From a virus: a stretch of 64,000 nucleotides of DNA. Position 1 is the first letter of the stretch. Each line of letters opens with the position of its first letter. The translations under genes were made by a program, and so were the position numbers. The stretch is from IMG/VR virus record IMGVR_UViG_3300018432_000290, positions 4,010-68,009 of that record, one strand, 5' to 3'. The notes beneath the pieces were generated by a model. That model did not search any database. It worked only from the letters and a program-made list of their open reading frames with translations, and was not told the origin of the DNA. This document shows, piece after piece, positions 1-8,313 of this stretch.

Positions 1-163
1 CCAGCGGGTTGCCCAGGTCCGCCACGTGGAACGGGATGGCGTTGCCGCGCACGATGGTCTCCCCGGACAGGTGCCCGGTGGCCTCCACCAGGTCCCGCAG
101 GTCGGCCAGGGTGACGGTGCGGTGCGCACCCTCGGCGCGGATGGACGGCAGGGACAGGGCCAT
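1..163 (-). CDS. Hypothetical phage protein, runs off the window edge
   Basis: ATG at 163-161 overlaps the upstream TGA; reads MALSLPSIRAEGAHRTVTLADLRDLVEATG open to base 1. Confidence 0.55.
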   Translation of the reverse strand, partial: MALSLPSIRAEGAHRTVTLADLRDLVEATGHLSGETIVRGNAIPFHVADLGNPL

Positions 164-495
164 CAGGTGACCTCGTCCAGGCAGCCGCCCTTGGTGTGCC
201 CCACGGGCTCGGTGCACTGCACGGCCCAGCCCGCCGGCTGGGACCGGTAGCGGTGGCCACAGATGGCCCCGGCGTACACGTCGCTGGCCGCGGTGGGGTC
301 ATGGGCCTGGTCCGGGAAGCGGGGACGCGCTGAGTCGCGTTCTGCGCTCGCGGGGTTCCCCCGGGTCCCGGGGAGGTCGTCCAGGACGTGCAGCGCGCTG
401 TGGGGGGGCGCGGCGTCCCACCCCAGCCCTTCGCGCCCACGGCCCCGGTCACGGCCCCAGCGGACCGACAGCTCCAGGTGCAAGATCAGTTTCAT
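163..495 (-). CDS. Hypothetical phage protein
   Basis: Start re-called to MKLILHLEL, 8 nt after ACCACCGAGGAG; ATGA overlap with upstream gene. Confidence 0.6.
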   Translation of the reverse strand: MKLILHLELSVRWGRDRGRGREGLGWDAAPPHSALHVLDDLPGTRGNPASAERDSARPRFPDQAHDPTAASDVYAGAICGHRYRSQPAGWAVQCTEPVGHTKGGCLDEVT

Positions 496-728
496 GGTGA
501 CGTCTCCTCGGTGGTGACGGGCAGGGTCTGGGGGTGGTCGGTGCGGGCCTTGGCCAGCCGGGCCTCGTGGGCCGGGCGCATGGACAGGGGCTGGCCGTCG
601 GGGGCCACGCACGGCTGGGACACGCCGGCGTCACACCCCTTGGGCCACCCCACGCAGTCCACGGTCTTGGCGTGGGTGTGGTCGGCCCACCAGGCCTGGG
701 ACTTGGGCCGGTGGGGGTCCCGCCTCAC
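492..728 (-). CDS. Small Cys/His zinc-finger-like protein
   Basis: GTGA coupling to initiator gene; C-x5-C..C..H-x-AR pattern (CVGWPKGCDAGVSQPC...HEAR). Confidence 0.55.
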   Translation of the reverse strand: MRRDPHRPKSQAWWADHTHAKTVDCVGWPKGCDAGVSQPCVAPDGQPLSMRPAHEARLAKARTDHPQTLPVTTEETSP

Positions 729-1978
729 GACGCGGCCTGCTGGCTTGCGGCGGCCGCGCGCCGCGCCGCGTGGGTGGACGTCACCCCGCCGTGCTCGTTG
801 CGGCACTGGGCACCGGCCGCCACGTCACAGTCCGGGCAGGGCACCGTCTTGGCCGGGGGAGCCGGGTCGGCCCTGCGCGGGCCGTGCCCGGTGTCCGGGC
901 GGGGACGGTTGCGGGACAGCTGCTCGCGCCACTGCTGGTCCTCACGGTCGGCGGCGGCCACCTGGTCCCACGGGCGGGTGTGGTGATCACAGCGCACCGT
1001 GCGGGAGCGCAGATCGGTCTGGAACGGGTAGCGGTGACCGGGGGCGCGCAGCCACCCGTCCCGGTCACACCACCCGTTGCGCTGGCCGCAGGCGGCCACG
1101 GCGGCCAGTCGGTGCTCCTCGTCCAGCACTTCATCCGCCCGGGCCTGGTCCTGGGCCCCCTCGGCCGCGCGCCGCGCGCCCCCGCACGGCCCACAGTGGG
1201 GTACCTCCTCGCGGGGCCAGCCCTGGTGCTCCGGGCAGCGGGCCTGTTCGGGGTCGAGCGTCATGGGATCCACAGCTGGTGCTCCTCGGTGGTGTGCGGT
1301 GCCGGTGTCGTTCACGGAAGCCACGAGCGGCAGCTGGCGTCGGACCGGGTCCCGGTCGCGCTTCCTTCGGGGGATCCTAGGGGGGGGTGGTGAGCGGCTC
1401 CCCTCGCGCGCGGGCCCGCGCGCGGGCGCGCCCCTACGCGCCCGCGCCCCCCGGGAATCCCGGGAACCTACGGGAAGGGGACCACCTGGGTGGGACCCAT
1501 TAAAGATCGAATGGGACCCATTAGCGTCCTGGTGGGACCCTTTCCCGGAGTTATCCACAGGGTCATTGGGTCCCACCTGGGTGGGACCCTTTCCGGGGTC
1601 CTCCACGGAGTTATCCACAGGATTGGGTGTCACCATGGTGGCACCCTTTCCGGGGACCGGGGCCCGCACGCGGTCCAGCTGCAGGGACCCGGTGGCCAGG
1701 TCCAGCGTGATCAGCTCGTAGGTGGTCAGGCGTCCGCGGTGGGCGGTGGACACCACCCGCGCCAGCCCCCAGTCCGCCAGGTCGGCCAGCGCGCGCTGGG
1801 CGGTGGACCGGGACCGGCACGGCTTCATCAGTCGAGCCATGGCACACGGGGTGACGCGCTGGCCCAGATGTAGCTCATCGGCCAGCACCAGCAGGGCCTT
1901 GACCGCGCGCTCGGGCAGCCCGGCGTCCATCAGGTCACTCCAGGCGTCGATCACCTGGCCGCTGTACTCACCGGCCAT
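725..1978 (-). CDS. Putative phage replication initiator (N-terminal wHTH, Cys-rich C-terminus)
   Basis: N-terminal HTH-like segment (AMARLMKPCRSRSTAQRALADLADWGLARVV); internal iterons and DnaA boxes as in lambda O-type genes; lies downstream of recombination genes. Confidence 0.7.
   Translation of the reverse strand: MAGEYSGQVIDAWSDLMDAGLPERAVKALLVLADELHLGQRVTPCAMARLMKPCRSRSTAQRALADLADWGLARVVSTAHRGRLTTYELITLDLATGSLQLDRVRAPVPGKGATMVTPNPVDNSVEDPGKGPTQVGPNDPVDNSGKGSHQDANGSHSIFNGSHPGGPLPVGSRDSRGARARRGAPARGPAREGSRSPPPPRIPRRKRDRDPVRRQLPLVASVNDTGTAHHRGAPAVDPMTLDPEQARCPEHQGWPREEVPHCGPCGGARRAAEGAQDQARADEVLDEEHRLAAVAACGQRNGWCDRDGWLRAPGHRYPFQTDLRSRTVRCDHHTRPWDQVAAADREDQQWREQLSRNRPRPDTGHGPRRADPAPPAKTVPCPDCDVAAGAQCRNEHGGVTSTHAARRAAAASQQAAS
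1479..1660. promoter_or_regulatory. Putative replication origin with iterons and two DnaA boxes
   Basis: TGGGACCC at 1491, 1512, 1533 (21-bp period) and 1582, an inverted copy near 1568 and a variant at 1639; perfect TTATCCACA at 1551-1559 and 1611-1619; locally lower GC. Confidence 0.8.
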
Positions 1979-2240
1979 GGGCCCTCCCCAGCAGCGTCTC
2001 GTCGGCCAGGGCCAGCACGGTCTCCACCAGTAGCTGGGGGTCCTCGTGGAGCAGGCGCAGCACTTCCAGGCGCCGCTCCCAGCGGGGGCGGGTGTGGGCC
2101 TGCATGTGCAAGGTGCCGGCCAGGTAGGTGGCCATCCCTTCCAGGTCCGCGCGGGTGGGGCCTTCCAGGTCCCGGCGGGAGGGGACGGGGAGCCGAGGGG
2201 GCGACGTGGGCGGGCCCTCGGGCTCCCACGTCACGGTCAT
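1968..2240 (-). CDS. Hypothetical phage protein
   Basis: MTVTWEPE start overlaps the upstream stop (ATGA). Confidence 0.55.
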   Translation of the reverse strand: MTVTWEPEGPPTSPPRLPVPSRRDLEGPTRADLEGMATYLAGTLHMQAHTRPRWERRLEVLRLLHEDPQLLVETVLALADETLLGRAHGR

Positions 2241-2527
2241 GAGTCCTCGGCGTCGTCGTCGTAGGGCAGCTCCGGGTCGCGCTCGGGCTTGACCACGTCG
2301 GTGAACTGGACGCGGTCCACGGTGATGGTGCTGGTGTGGATCACCACCCCGTCCTTGCGGATCTCGCGGCCGTCCCCGGTCACGGTCCCGGTCACGCTCA
2401 AGGTCACCTCGGCCCCGAACGGCAACGGCTCGCCCACCTCGTTGGTGGACATGCCCTTGAACTTGGCCCGGCGGTTGGGCAGCAGGGCGGGGGTGGCGTC
2501 GGCGGGGTCGACGTCGGTGTCGGTCAT
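2237..2527 (-). CDS. Hypothetical phage protein
   Basis: GGAGG RBS, ATGA coupling, normal protein composition. Confidence 0.7.
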   Translation of the reverse strand: MTDTDVDPADATPALLPNRRAKFKGMSTNEVGEPLPFGAEVTLSVTGTVTGDGREIRKDGVVIHTSTITVDRVQFTDVVKPERDPELPYDDDAEDS

Positions 2528-2844
2528 GGTGGGGGGCCTCCTGGGTCGGACGGGGGAGCGAACAGCGCCAGCGGATCCGTGGACTCTGGCACTGGGTCAG
2601 GGGCTGGTCCGGGAGCGCGCGCCGGGGGACGCGCGTCCAGGTCTGCGGCGCGGGCCAGCAGCTTGCGGGCCCTGCGCACCAGCTGGTCCTCCAGGTCCGT
2701 CCCGGCCACCTTGGCCGCGTACACGGTGGACGCGATCGCGGCGCCGGCGGCATCGCCCTTCCAGTTGGCCGCGTCCTCCCAGCACGCGCGGGCCAGGGAC
2801 CGGGGGGACACGGGGACCAGCTGGTGCGCGGGGCTCAACCTCAC
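2524..2844 (-). CDS. Hypothetical phage protein
   Basis: GTGA coupling with the bet-like stop; helical Ala-rich product. Confidence 0.55.
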   Translation of the reverse strand: MRLSPAHQLVPVSPRSLARACWEDAANWKGDAAGAAIASTVYAAKVAGTDLEDQLVRRARKLLARAADLDARPPARAPGPAPDPVPESTDPLALFAPPSDPGGPPP

Positions 2845-3854
2845 GAGGCGGGTCCCTCCTCCACCACCTCGGCGTCCTCGGTGGCGTCCTCGCTGGCCGC
2901 GGCCACCAGCAGCGCGGCGTTCTCGATCAGCTTGTCGGCGTCGGCCTCGGTCACCTCCCCGAAGGTGGTGATCTCGCGCTCGAGGATGCGCCCGGCCCAC
3001 GCGTTGCGGTCCCCCACCTGAGCCTTGCGGATCAGGGGGAACAGCTTCTTGGACTGGTCGGCGGTCATGCGCGGGTGGCCGGTGTCGTCGGCGTGGGTGA
3101 CGGGCTCCCCGGTGGGGGCGGGGTCCGCGTGGGGCTCAGGCTCCCCGGCCAGCTCGTCGCTGGTCACCGCGGACTGGGGGGCCCGGGTGGACTCCACGCG
3201 CTCGGCCGGGACGCGCTCGAAGGCCCCGGCCTCGTCCTCGGTGTAGATCCCGGACAGCCGCTGGGGGAAGGCCTTGCGCAGTGCCCCCGCCTCGGCGCAC
3301 TTGCCCAGCATGTGGGCCCCCTTGGTCTTCCACATGCTGGTCAGGGACACCTGGCCCTGCCACGTCTTGGTCTGGGCGAACTCCCGGAACAGCACCACGG
3401 CCCGGATGGGGGCCCGCTTGTCGCTGCGGATCACCCCGCACCGGGCGGCCACCGGGGGGTTCTTGTCGTCCAGCCACACGTCCGTCCAGGCCCCGTCCGG
3501 GCCGCACCACAGAATGTCCTCCTGGCCCAGGTACTGCTCGTGCTCCTCGGCCACGGCCCGGAACCCGTCGATCCCGGTCTGGATGGTGTACTTGGTCTTG
3601 CCCTGCTCCTGGCGCCCGATCATGTAAATCTGGCGGGCGAACGGGTCCAGCCCGGTGCGCTGGCACTGGTGCATGAACACCATCAGGTCGCCCTCGGGGG
3701 CATCGGCCAGCCCCAGCTGGGCCAGGGCGGCCATCTGCATCTTGGTCCAGCTGGTCTGGTCCGAGGACAGGGCCAGCGCGCCCCCGCCGATCACGGCTGG
3801 GGTGGGCGGGGTGGGCGGCCCGTTGGCCTCGGTGGTGGCGACTTCCGTGCTCAC
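2841..3854 (-). CDS. bet: Bet/Redbeta-family single-strand annealing recombinase
   Basis: GLDPFARQIY, IQTGIDGFRAVAE and MLGKCAEAGALRKAFP motifs; adjacent to exonuclease. Confidence 0.9.
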   Translation of the reverse strand: MSTEVATTEANGPPTPPTPAVIGGGALALSSDQTSWTKMQMAALAQLGLADAPEGDLMVFMHQCQRTGLDPFARQIYMIGRQEQGKTKYTIQTGIDGFRAVAEEHEQYLGQEDILWCGPDGAWTDVWLDDKNPPVAARCGVIRSDKRAPIRAVVLFREFAQTKTWQGQVSLTSMWKTKGAHMLGKCAEAGALRKAFPQRLSGIYTEDEAGAFERVPAERVESTRAPQSAVTSDELAGEPEPHADPAPTGEPVTHADDTGHPRMTADQSKKLFPLIRKAQVGDRNAWAGRILEREITTFGEVTEADADKLIENAALLVAAASEDATEDAEVVEEGPAS

Positions 3855-4804
3855 AGGTCCTCCTGGGTGATGGTGTCGAACTCGAAGGCGCCGGCGTCGG
3901 CCGCGCGCTCGTAGGCGTTGAGCTGGTAGTACGGCAGGCCCAGCTCCTGGGGCTCCGGGCTGTACCCGGGCCAGTCGTCCAGCTCCACGCACCGGGCGTA
4001 GGTCATGCGGGCCTGGTGGTTGAGCACCTCACCCCACCCCACCGCGGCCGCGTCCGGGCTGTACACGGCGGCCAGGTACGGGGGCTTCTTCTCCTGGACC
4101 ACCAGCAGGAACTTGGGCAGGGGCGCGCCCGGGCCGCCCAGCCCCAGGCGGACCACCCCGTCGGTGTAGAACGGCCCCTGCTGGTGGTAGCCGTAATCGG
4201 CCATGCTCTTGGCGAAGGCCTGGGGGCTGGCGTCCTCGGTGCTCTTGTAGTCCACCACCAGCTGGCGACGCCCCTCGGGCACGTCCGGCAGCCAGTCCAC
4301 CATCACCCGGCACATCACCCCGGTGGCCGGGTCCCGGTACACCATCACCTGCTCCGCGCGCCCCGGGCGCGACAGCAGCGGCCCGATGGTGGGGTGGGCG
4401 CGCAGCGCGGCGGCCATGGCCTCCACCTGCTCCACGTCCTTGGTCAACAGCGGGGTCATCCCGGCCTGGCGGGCGTCCACGGCCGCGCTCTTGGCGGCCT
4501 TGGTGCGCCAGCTGTCGTGGGGCACCTCCGCGATCTGCATGCCCTGGCCCAGCACCCGGAAGTGGGCACCCCGGCCGAAGTCGAACACCTTGCGGTCCTC
4601 GCGCCCGTGCTGCTGGTCGTACCGGAACCGCGCGGGCGTCTTCCTGATCAGGGTGCGGGCCCCGGTGCTGGACAGCGACCCGCCCTGGACCGGGTCGGCG
4701 TGATACGTGCGCTCGTCCAGGTCGTACACCCCTGGGCTGTCGATCACCACGGGGGCGGGGTCGGGCTCGTCGGCCTCGGTCTCGAACTCCAGCACGTCGG
4801 TCAT
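3851..4804 (-). CDS. RecE/ExoVIII-like PD-(D/E)XK exonuclease (DUF3799-like)
   Basis: YHADP..SLSSTGA, FGRGAH, VVDYKST and YGYHQQGPFY motifs. Confidence 0.85.
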   Translation of the reverse strand: MTDVLEFETEADEPDPAPVVIDSPGVYDLDERTYHADPVQGGSLSSTGARTLIRKTPARFRYDQQHGREDRKVFDFGRGAHFRVLGQGMQIAEVPHDSWRTKAAKSAAVDARQAGMTPLLTKDVEQVEAMAAALRAHPTIGPLLSRPGRAEQVMVYRDPATGVMCRVMVDWLPDVPEGRRQLVVDYKSTEDASPQAFAKSMADYGYHQQGPFYTDGVVRLGLGGPGAPLPKFLLVVQEKKPPYLAAVYSPDAAAVGWGEVLNHQARMTYARCVELDDWPGYSPEPQELGLPYYQLNAYERAADAGAFEFDTITQEDL

Positions 4805-4959
4805 GCCACTCCTTCGTCGTCCAGGCGCGGCCCCAGCAGGTCGCGTCGCTCGTACCGGTTCTCGGCGTCCTGCACGTCCGTGGGGTCCGGTCGCCACAGG
4901 GCCTCGTCGTGACGGCCCTCGGCCACCTGGGCCCGCCACTCGTCGCGCCAGGTGCCCAT
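4801..4959 (-). CDS. Small hypothetical protein
   Basis: MGTWRDEW start coupled at both ends. Confidence 0.5.
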   Translation of the reverse strand: MGTWRDEWRAQVAEGRHDEALWRPDPTDVQDAENRYERRDLLGPRLDDEGVA

Positions 4960-5504
4960 CAGCGGCCCCCCTGCTCGCGGCGCACCTTGGCCAGCACCGC
5001 GCGGGCCTCGGCCAGGCTCAGCCCGGTTTCCTCGCTCACCGCGCGCGGGGTCCACACCCGGTCGGTGTCCAGCAGCATGGCCTCGGCGGTCAGCGCGGGA
5101 CTGGCCTCGTCGGGCTCCTCGGCGTCGGTGCGCGCGTACACCAGCACCGCCTTGAGCCGGGCCGTGGTCTCGTCGGCCGGGTCCACCTCGTCCGGGTCCG
5201 GGTCCGGAGTGAGGTCCGCCCCGTCCACCGGGGCGGCAGACGGGGCGGAAGGGGCGGAGGGTGCGGGCTCCGGGGCCGGGGTGGGGGGCGGGGGTTCCGG
5301 CTGGGGGGTGTCCCGCCCGTTGGCCAGCTGCTCCAGCGCGGCGTCCTGCACCAGGTCATGTCCCAGGCGCTGCAACAGCACGGCCAGGTCGTCCGGGGCC
5401 ACGTCGTACGTGCGCAGCGCGGTGCCGTCCAGGGTGATGGCCAGCGCTCGAGGTTCCCCCTCGATCACCCCGCCGGTCAGGTCGTCGTGGCACTTCCAGG
5501 CCAT
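4959..5504 (-). CDS. Hypothetical protein, possible C-terminal HTH
   Basis: MAWKCHDD start; C-terminal WTPRAVSEETGLSLAEARAVL. Confidence 0.6.
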   Translation of the reverse strand: MAWKCHDDLTGGVIEGEPRALAITLDGTALRTYDVAPDDLAVLLQRLGHDLVQDAALEQLANGRDTPQPEPPPPTPAPEPAPSAPSAPSAAPVDGADLTPDPDPDEVDPADETTARLKAVLVYARTDAEEPDEASPALTAEAMLLDTDRVWTPRAVSEETGLSLAEARAVLAKVRREQGGR

Positions 5505-5779
5505 CACCACTCCACCCTCCGGGTCTTGAGGGGAGCCGTGGCCGGGTGGCCCAGCTGGACCACCACGCGCGGGCGGGTCATGGGCCCGGTGGTGCGGCTG
5601 TCCTCCGGCACGCTCACCTCCCGCAACACGGTCACCAGTCGCTTCCAGGTGAACGTCCCCGCGGCCTTCCAGCTGCCGGGCAGGGCCCACACCACGGTGG
5701 CCGCCAGGGCCACCCCGGCCAGCGCCAGTCCCAGCGCCAGCCCCACGGCCCCGGCCCCCAGCACCGCCCACACCCTCAC
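5504..5779 (-). CDS. Small membrane protein
   Basis: Long N-terminal hydrophobic stretch; coupled at both ends. Confidence 0.55.
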   Translation of the reverse strand: MRVWAVLGAGAVGLALGLALAGVALAATVVWALPGSWKAAGTFTWKRLVTVLREVSVPEDSRTTGPMTRPRVVVQLGHPATAPLKTRRVEW

Positions 5780-6156
5780 GGCGCGTCCACCGGGGTGTCG
5801 TCGTCGGCTGACTCCGGTTCCGGGGCCTGCTCCACCGGTTCCCCGGTGGTCTCGGCCACCAGCTGGGCGGCCTCCTGGAGCGTCAGCGGCACCAGCACCG
5901 GGAAGTCCTCCTCGGCCGGGGCCGGCGCCGGGGGGGCGGGGAACTTCGGGGTGAGCAGCACGTCCACCTCCCCGGTGTCGTGGTCCACCAGCTGGCCCTG
6001 CAGCTCGGTCCTGGTGGGTTCCTCGTCGGGGTCGGCATCCGGGCGCGGCTGGTCGTGGACCAGGAACCGCACCAGCCCGTCCTCGGCGGTCAGGGCGGTC
6101 AGCAACCGCTCTCCGGCGTCGTCGTCCTCTATGCGCAGCACGAACGTGTGGGCCAT
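5776..6156 (-). CDS. Hypothetical acidic protein
   Basis: MAHTFVLRIE start 7 nt after the start-associated motif. Confidence 0.6.
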   Translation of the reverse strand: MAHTFVLRIEDDDAGERLLTALTAEDGLVRFLVHDQPRPDADPDEEPTRTELQGQLVDHDTGEVDVLLTPKFPAPPAPAPAEEDFPVLVPLTLQEAAQLVAETTGEPVEQAPEPESADDDTPVDAP

Positions 6157-6157
6157 G

Positions 6158-6682
6158 TCAGGTCTCCTCGGTGGTGGAGTGGGGGGGCGTGGAGCCCACC
6201 CCGGCATCCCGCGGGGGGCACGGGAGTACCGGGGTGGGCCGCGGCGAGCCATGATGGCCCGCCGCACCGTCCGGTCCCCGGGGGGGTCGGGGTCGGACGG
6301 AGTGGGGGTCCAGCAGGTCCGTGCCCATGGGCAGGATGACGGACACGCTGGCGCGCAGCCCGTGCAGGCGTCCCACGGCGGTGCGCTGGGTGAGGGGCTG
6401 GGTGTCGCTGGGCAGGGTGTGCAGTTCATGGCCGGGGTCCAGGCGCTGCACCCACAGCGCCCACCCGGACTGGTCGGCCAACACCAGGGCCAGGTGGGCC
6501 CCGTCGGCGTGGTGGGTGCGCGCGGTACACGTCTGGGGGGTGGGCAGGTGGGCCTGGTCCACCAGGTCATGGACCAGCTGGTGGGCCGCGCGCAGGGTGG
6601 CCCCCTGGGGTGGGACGTAACGCCCCTCCACGGCCCGGCGCGCGCGGGACTTGCGGGACTCCGCGGACCGGCGGGGGCTCAC
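6158..6682 (-). CDS. Hypothetical protein
   Basis: GTGA coupling with upstream gene; fills the operon gap. Confidence 0.45.
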   Translation of the reverse strand: MSPRRSAESRKSRARRAVEGRYVPPQGATLRAAHQLVHDLVDQAHLPTPQTCTARTHHADGAHLALVLADQSGWALWVQRLDPGHELHTLPSDTQPLTQRTAVGRLHGLRASVSVILPMGTDLLDPHSVRPRPPRGPDGAAGHHGSPRPTPVLPCPPRDAGVGSTPPHSTTEET

Positions 6683-6963
6683 CGCAGCACCGTGTGCCCG
6701 GCCACCACGCCCCGGGCGGACTCCAGGTGGCGCGCGGTGGCGGGCAGGAACGTGGCCCGCCAGCGGTCCCGGCGGTCCGGGTCCACCGGGTCCGCGTACA
6801 CCACCACGTAGAACCGCCCGTCCAGGGACGGCCCCACCACCTGCCCGATGGTGCCGGACAGGTCCGGCGCGCGGTACAGCGCGCACGGGTCTCGACGCGG
6901 GCGCGGACCCGCATCGCAGGGGGCGTGATCGCCGCCCGGTGGGCTATCGTTCGCTACGGCCAT
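6679..6963 (-). CDS. Hypothetical protein
   Basis: Purine-rich RBS with a start-motif variant; first gene after the Cro-like HTH. Confidence 0.55.
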   Translation of the reverse strand: MAVANDSPPGGDHAPCDAGPRPRRDPCALYRAPDLSGTIGQVVGPSLDGRFYVVVYADPVDPDRRDRWRATFLPATARHLESARGVVAGHTVLR

Positions 6964-7057
6964 GTGCTGACCCTCTTCTTCCTCGGTGGTGGGAGAGGTC
7001 GCCGTGGCTTGGCCCGGGACGCCGTCTCTGGGGGTGGCGTCCCGGGCCCCCCAGCGG

Positions 7058-7330
7058 CTATCCGGCGTCGGCGAGCTCGGCCCGGGCCTGGTTGTACACG
7101 TCCAGGAAGGTGGCCGGGGGCACGTCCAGCAGCGCGGCCGCGGCGATCAGCTCCCCGGCCCGCCACGGGGTCTTGCCGTCCAGGCGCCGCCACATGGACT
7201 GGCGCCCCATGCCCAGCTGCTCGGCCAGCTGGTACCCGGTTACTCTCTGGCGCGCCATGGCGGCGCGCACCTCCCCGGCCACGCGTTCGTCCGGCGTGAC
7301 GGGGGCCCTCGGTGGTGTGGGTAGCGTCAT
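7058..7330 (-). CDS. Cro/XRE-like HTH regulator heading the early operon
   Basis: VAGEVRAAMARQRVTGYQLAEQLGMGRQSMWRRLDGKTPW..ELIAAAALLDVPPATFL. Confidence 0.85.
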   Translation of the reverse strand: MTLPTPPRAPVTPDERVAGEVRAAMARQRVTGYQLAEQLGMGRQSMWRRLDGKTPWRAGELIAAAALLDVPPATFLDVYNQARAELADAG

Positions 7331-7501
7331 GGTTCCCCACTAAACACCCTCTCCGGGGGCCCCACCACCACCGGGGGGGTGACCCATGGGGGACCGGATC
7401 TGTGTACCGTATCCGGCCAGGGGATACGTGGGACACGCCTGGCGTGTCCCCGCTTCCTTCACACCACCGGCACCACTTGCCTCACCCCCAGGAGGCCCCA
7501 C
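7331..7501. promoter_or_regulatory. Divergent control region with a 21-bp palindrome
   Basis: GGGACACGCC-T-GGCGTGTCCC at 7430-7450; TACCGT (-10-like) at 7405-7410 flanked by CCGGAT/ATCCGG. Confidence 0.6.
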
Positions 7502-7924
7502 ATGCGGCGTTACTGGTTGCGCCCTGCCCAGCCCACCACCGAGACGCTGCGCTCCGCGGCGTGGGACCACGTTCTGTTACGACTGGGGGCCGACGCGGCC
7601 GCCATGCGCACCCGGTTGGCCGACCAGGTGGTGGCCGACGAGGCCGCGCGCCGCCGTGTGGCACACGCACGGCACACGACGGTGCTGGCATCTGTGGCAC
7701 ACACGGCCCAGCTGGGGGCCACGGTGGACCGGCTGGACCCCCCACCGGACCCCCCCACGGCCCCCATTCCCGGGCTGCCCCAGCAGCCTCCACCGCCCCC
7801 GGAGACCGCCCGGGACCGCCGGCGCCGGCTGCGTCGCCGGGCCGGGGAGCTGGGCATCACCCAACACGGCAAGACCGACCGCCAGCTCGAGGACGAGATC
7901 GCGGCCCTCGCCGGGGAGTCCTGA
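7502..7924 (+). CDS. Hypothetical protein, first gene of the transfer-like operon
   Basis: GGAGG RBS before MRRYWL; TGATG coupling to next gene; basic helical C-terminus. Confidence 0.6.
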   Translation: MRRYWLRPAQPTTETLRSAAWDHVLLRLGADAAAMRTRLADQVVADEAARRRVAHARHTTVLASVAHTAQLGATVDRLDPPPDPPTAPIPGLPQQPPPPPETARDRRRRLRRRAGELGITQHGKTDRQLEDEIAALAGES

Positions 7925-8313
7925 TGTTGTCCAGGCTGTCCGGGCGCGTGTGGTTCGTGCTGCTGTGCGGGGCGCTGGTGCTGGCGGGTGCCCTGGGGGC
8001 GGCCCTGTGGTTCGCGGCGGTGTTCGCCGTGGAGGTGCTGACCTGGCCCGGGGTGGTCACCCTGCTGGCCGCGGAGGCCTGTGTGGCCGTGGGGGCGGTG
8101 CTGGACTACCGGGAGGCCCGCCTGGAGCCCCCCACCCGGCTGGCAGCCTGGCTGGTGGCCCACTACACGGTGGTGCGCCGCGTGTACCGGCGCGGGCGCT
8201 GGGCCGTGGACGGGGTCAAGGCCCGCCGGCGCGCGGCCACCGCCCGGGCCGCGGCCCAGGCCCGGCGTGACGCCGTCGGTGAGGACCAGCAGCGCGGGCG
8301 GGAGGCCGCGTGA
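7924..8313 (+). CDS. Membrane protein (about 2 TM helices)
   Basis: MLSRLSGRVWFVLLCGALVLAG...; coupled to the T4CP start by GTGA. Confidence 0.7.
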   Translation: MLSRLSGRVWFVLLCGALVLAGALGAALWFAAVFAVEVLTWPGVVTLLAAEACVAVGAVLDYREARLEPPTRLAAWLVAHYTVVRRVYRRGRWAVDGVKARRRAATARAAAQARRDAVGEDQQRGREAA

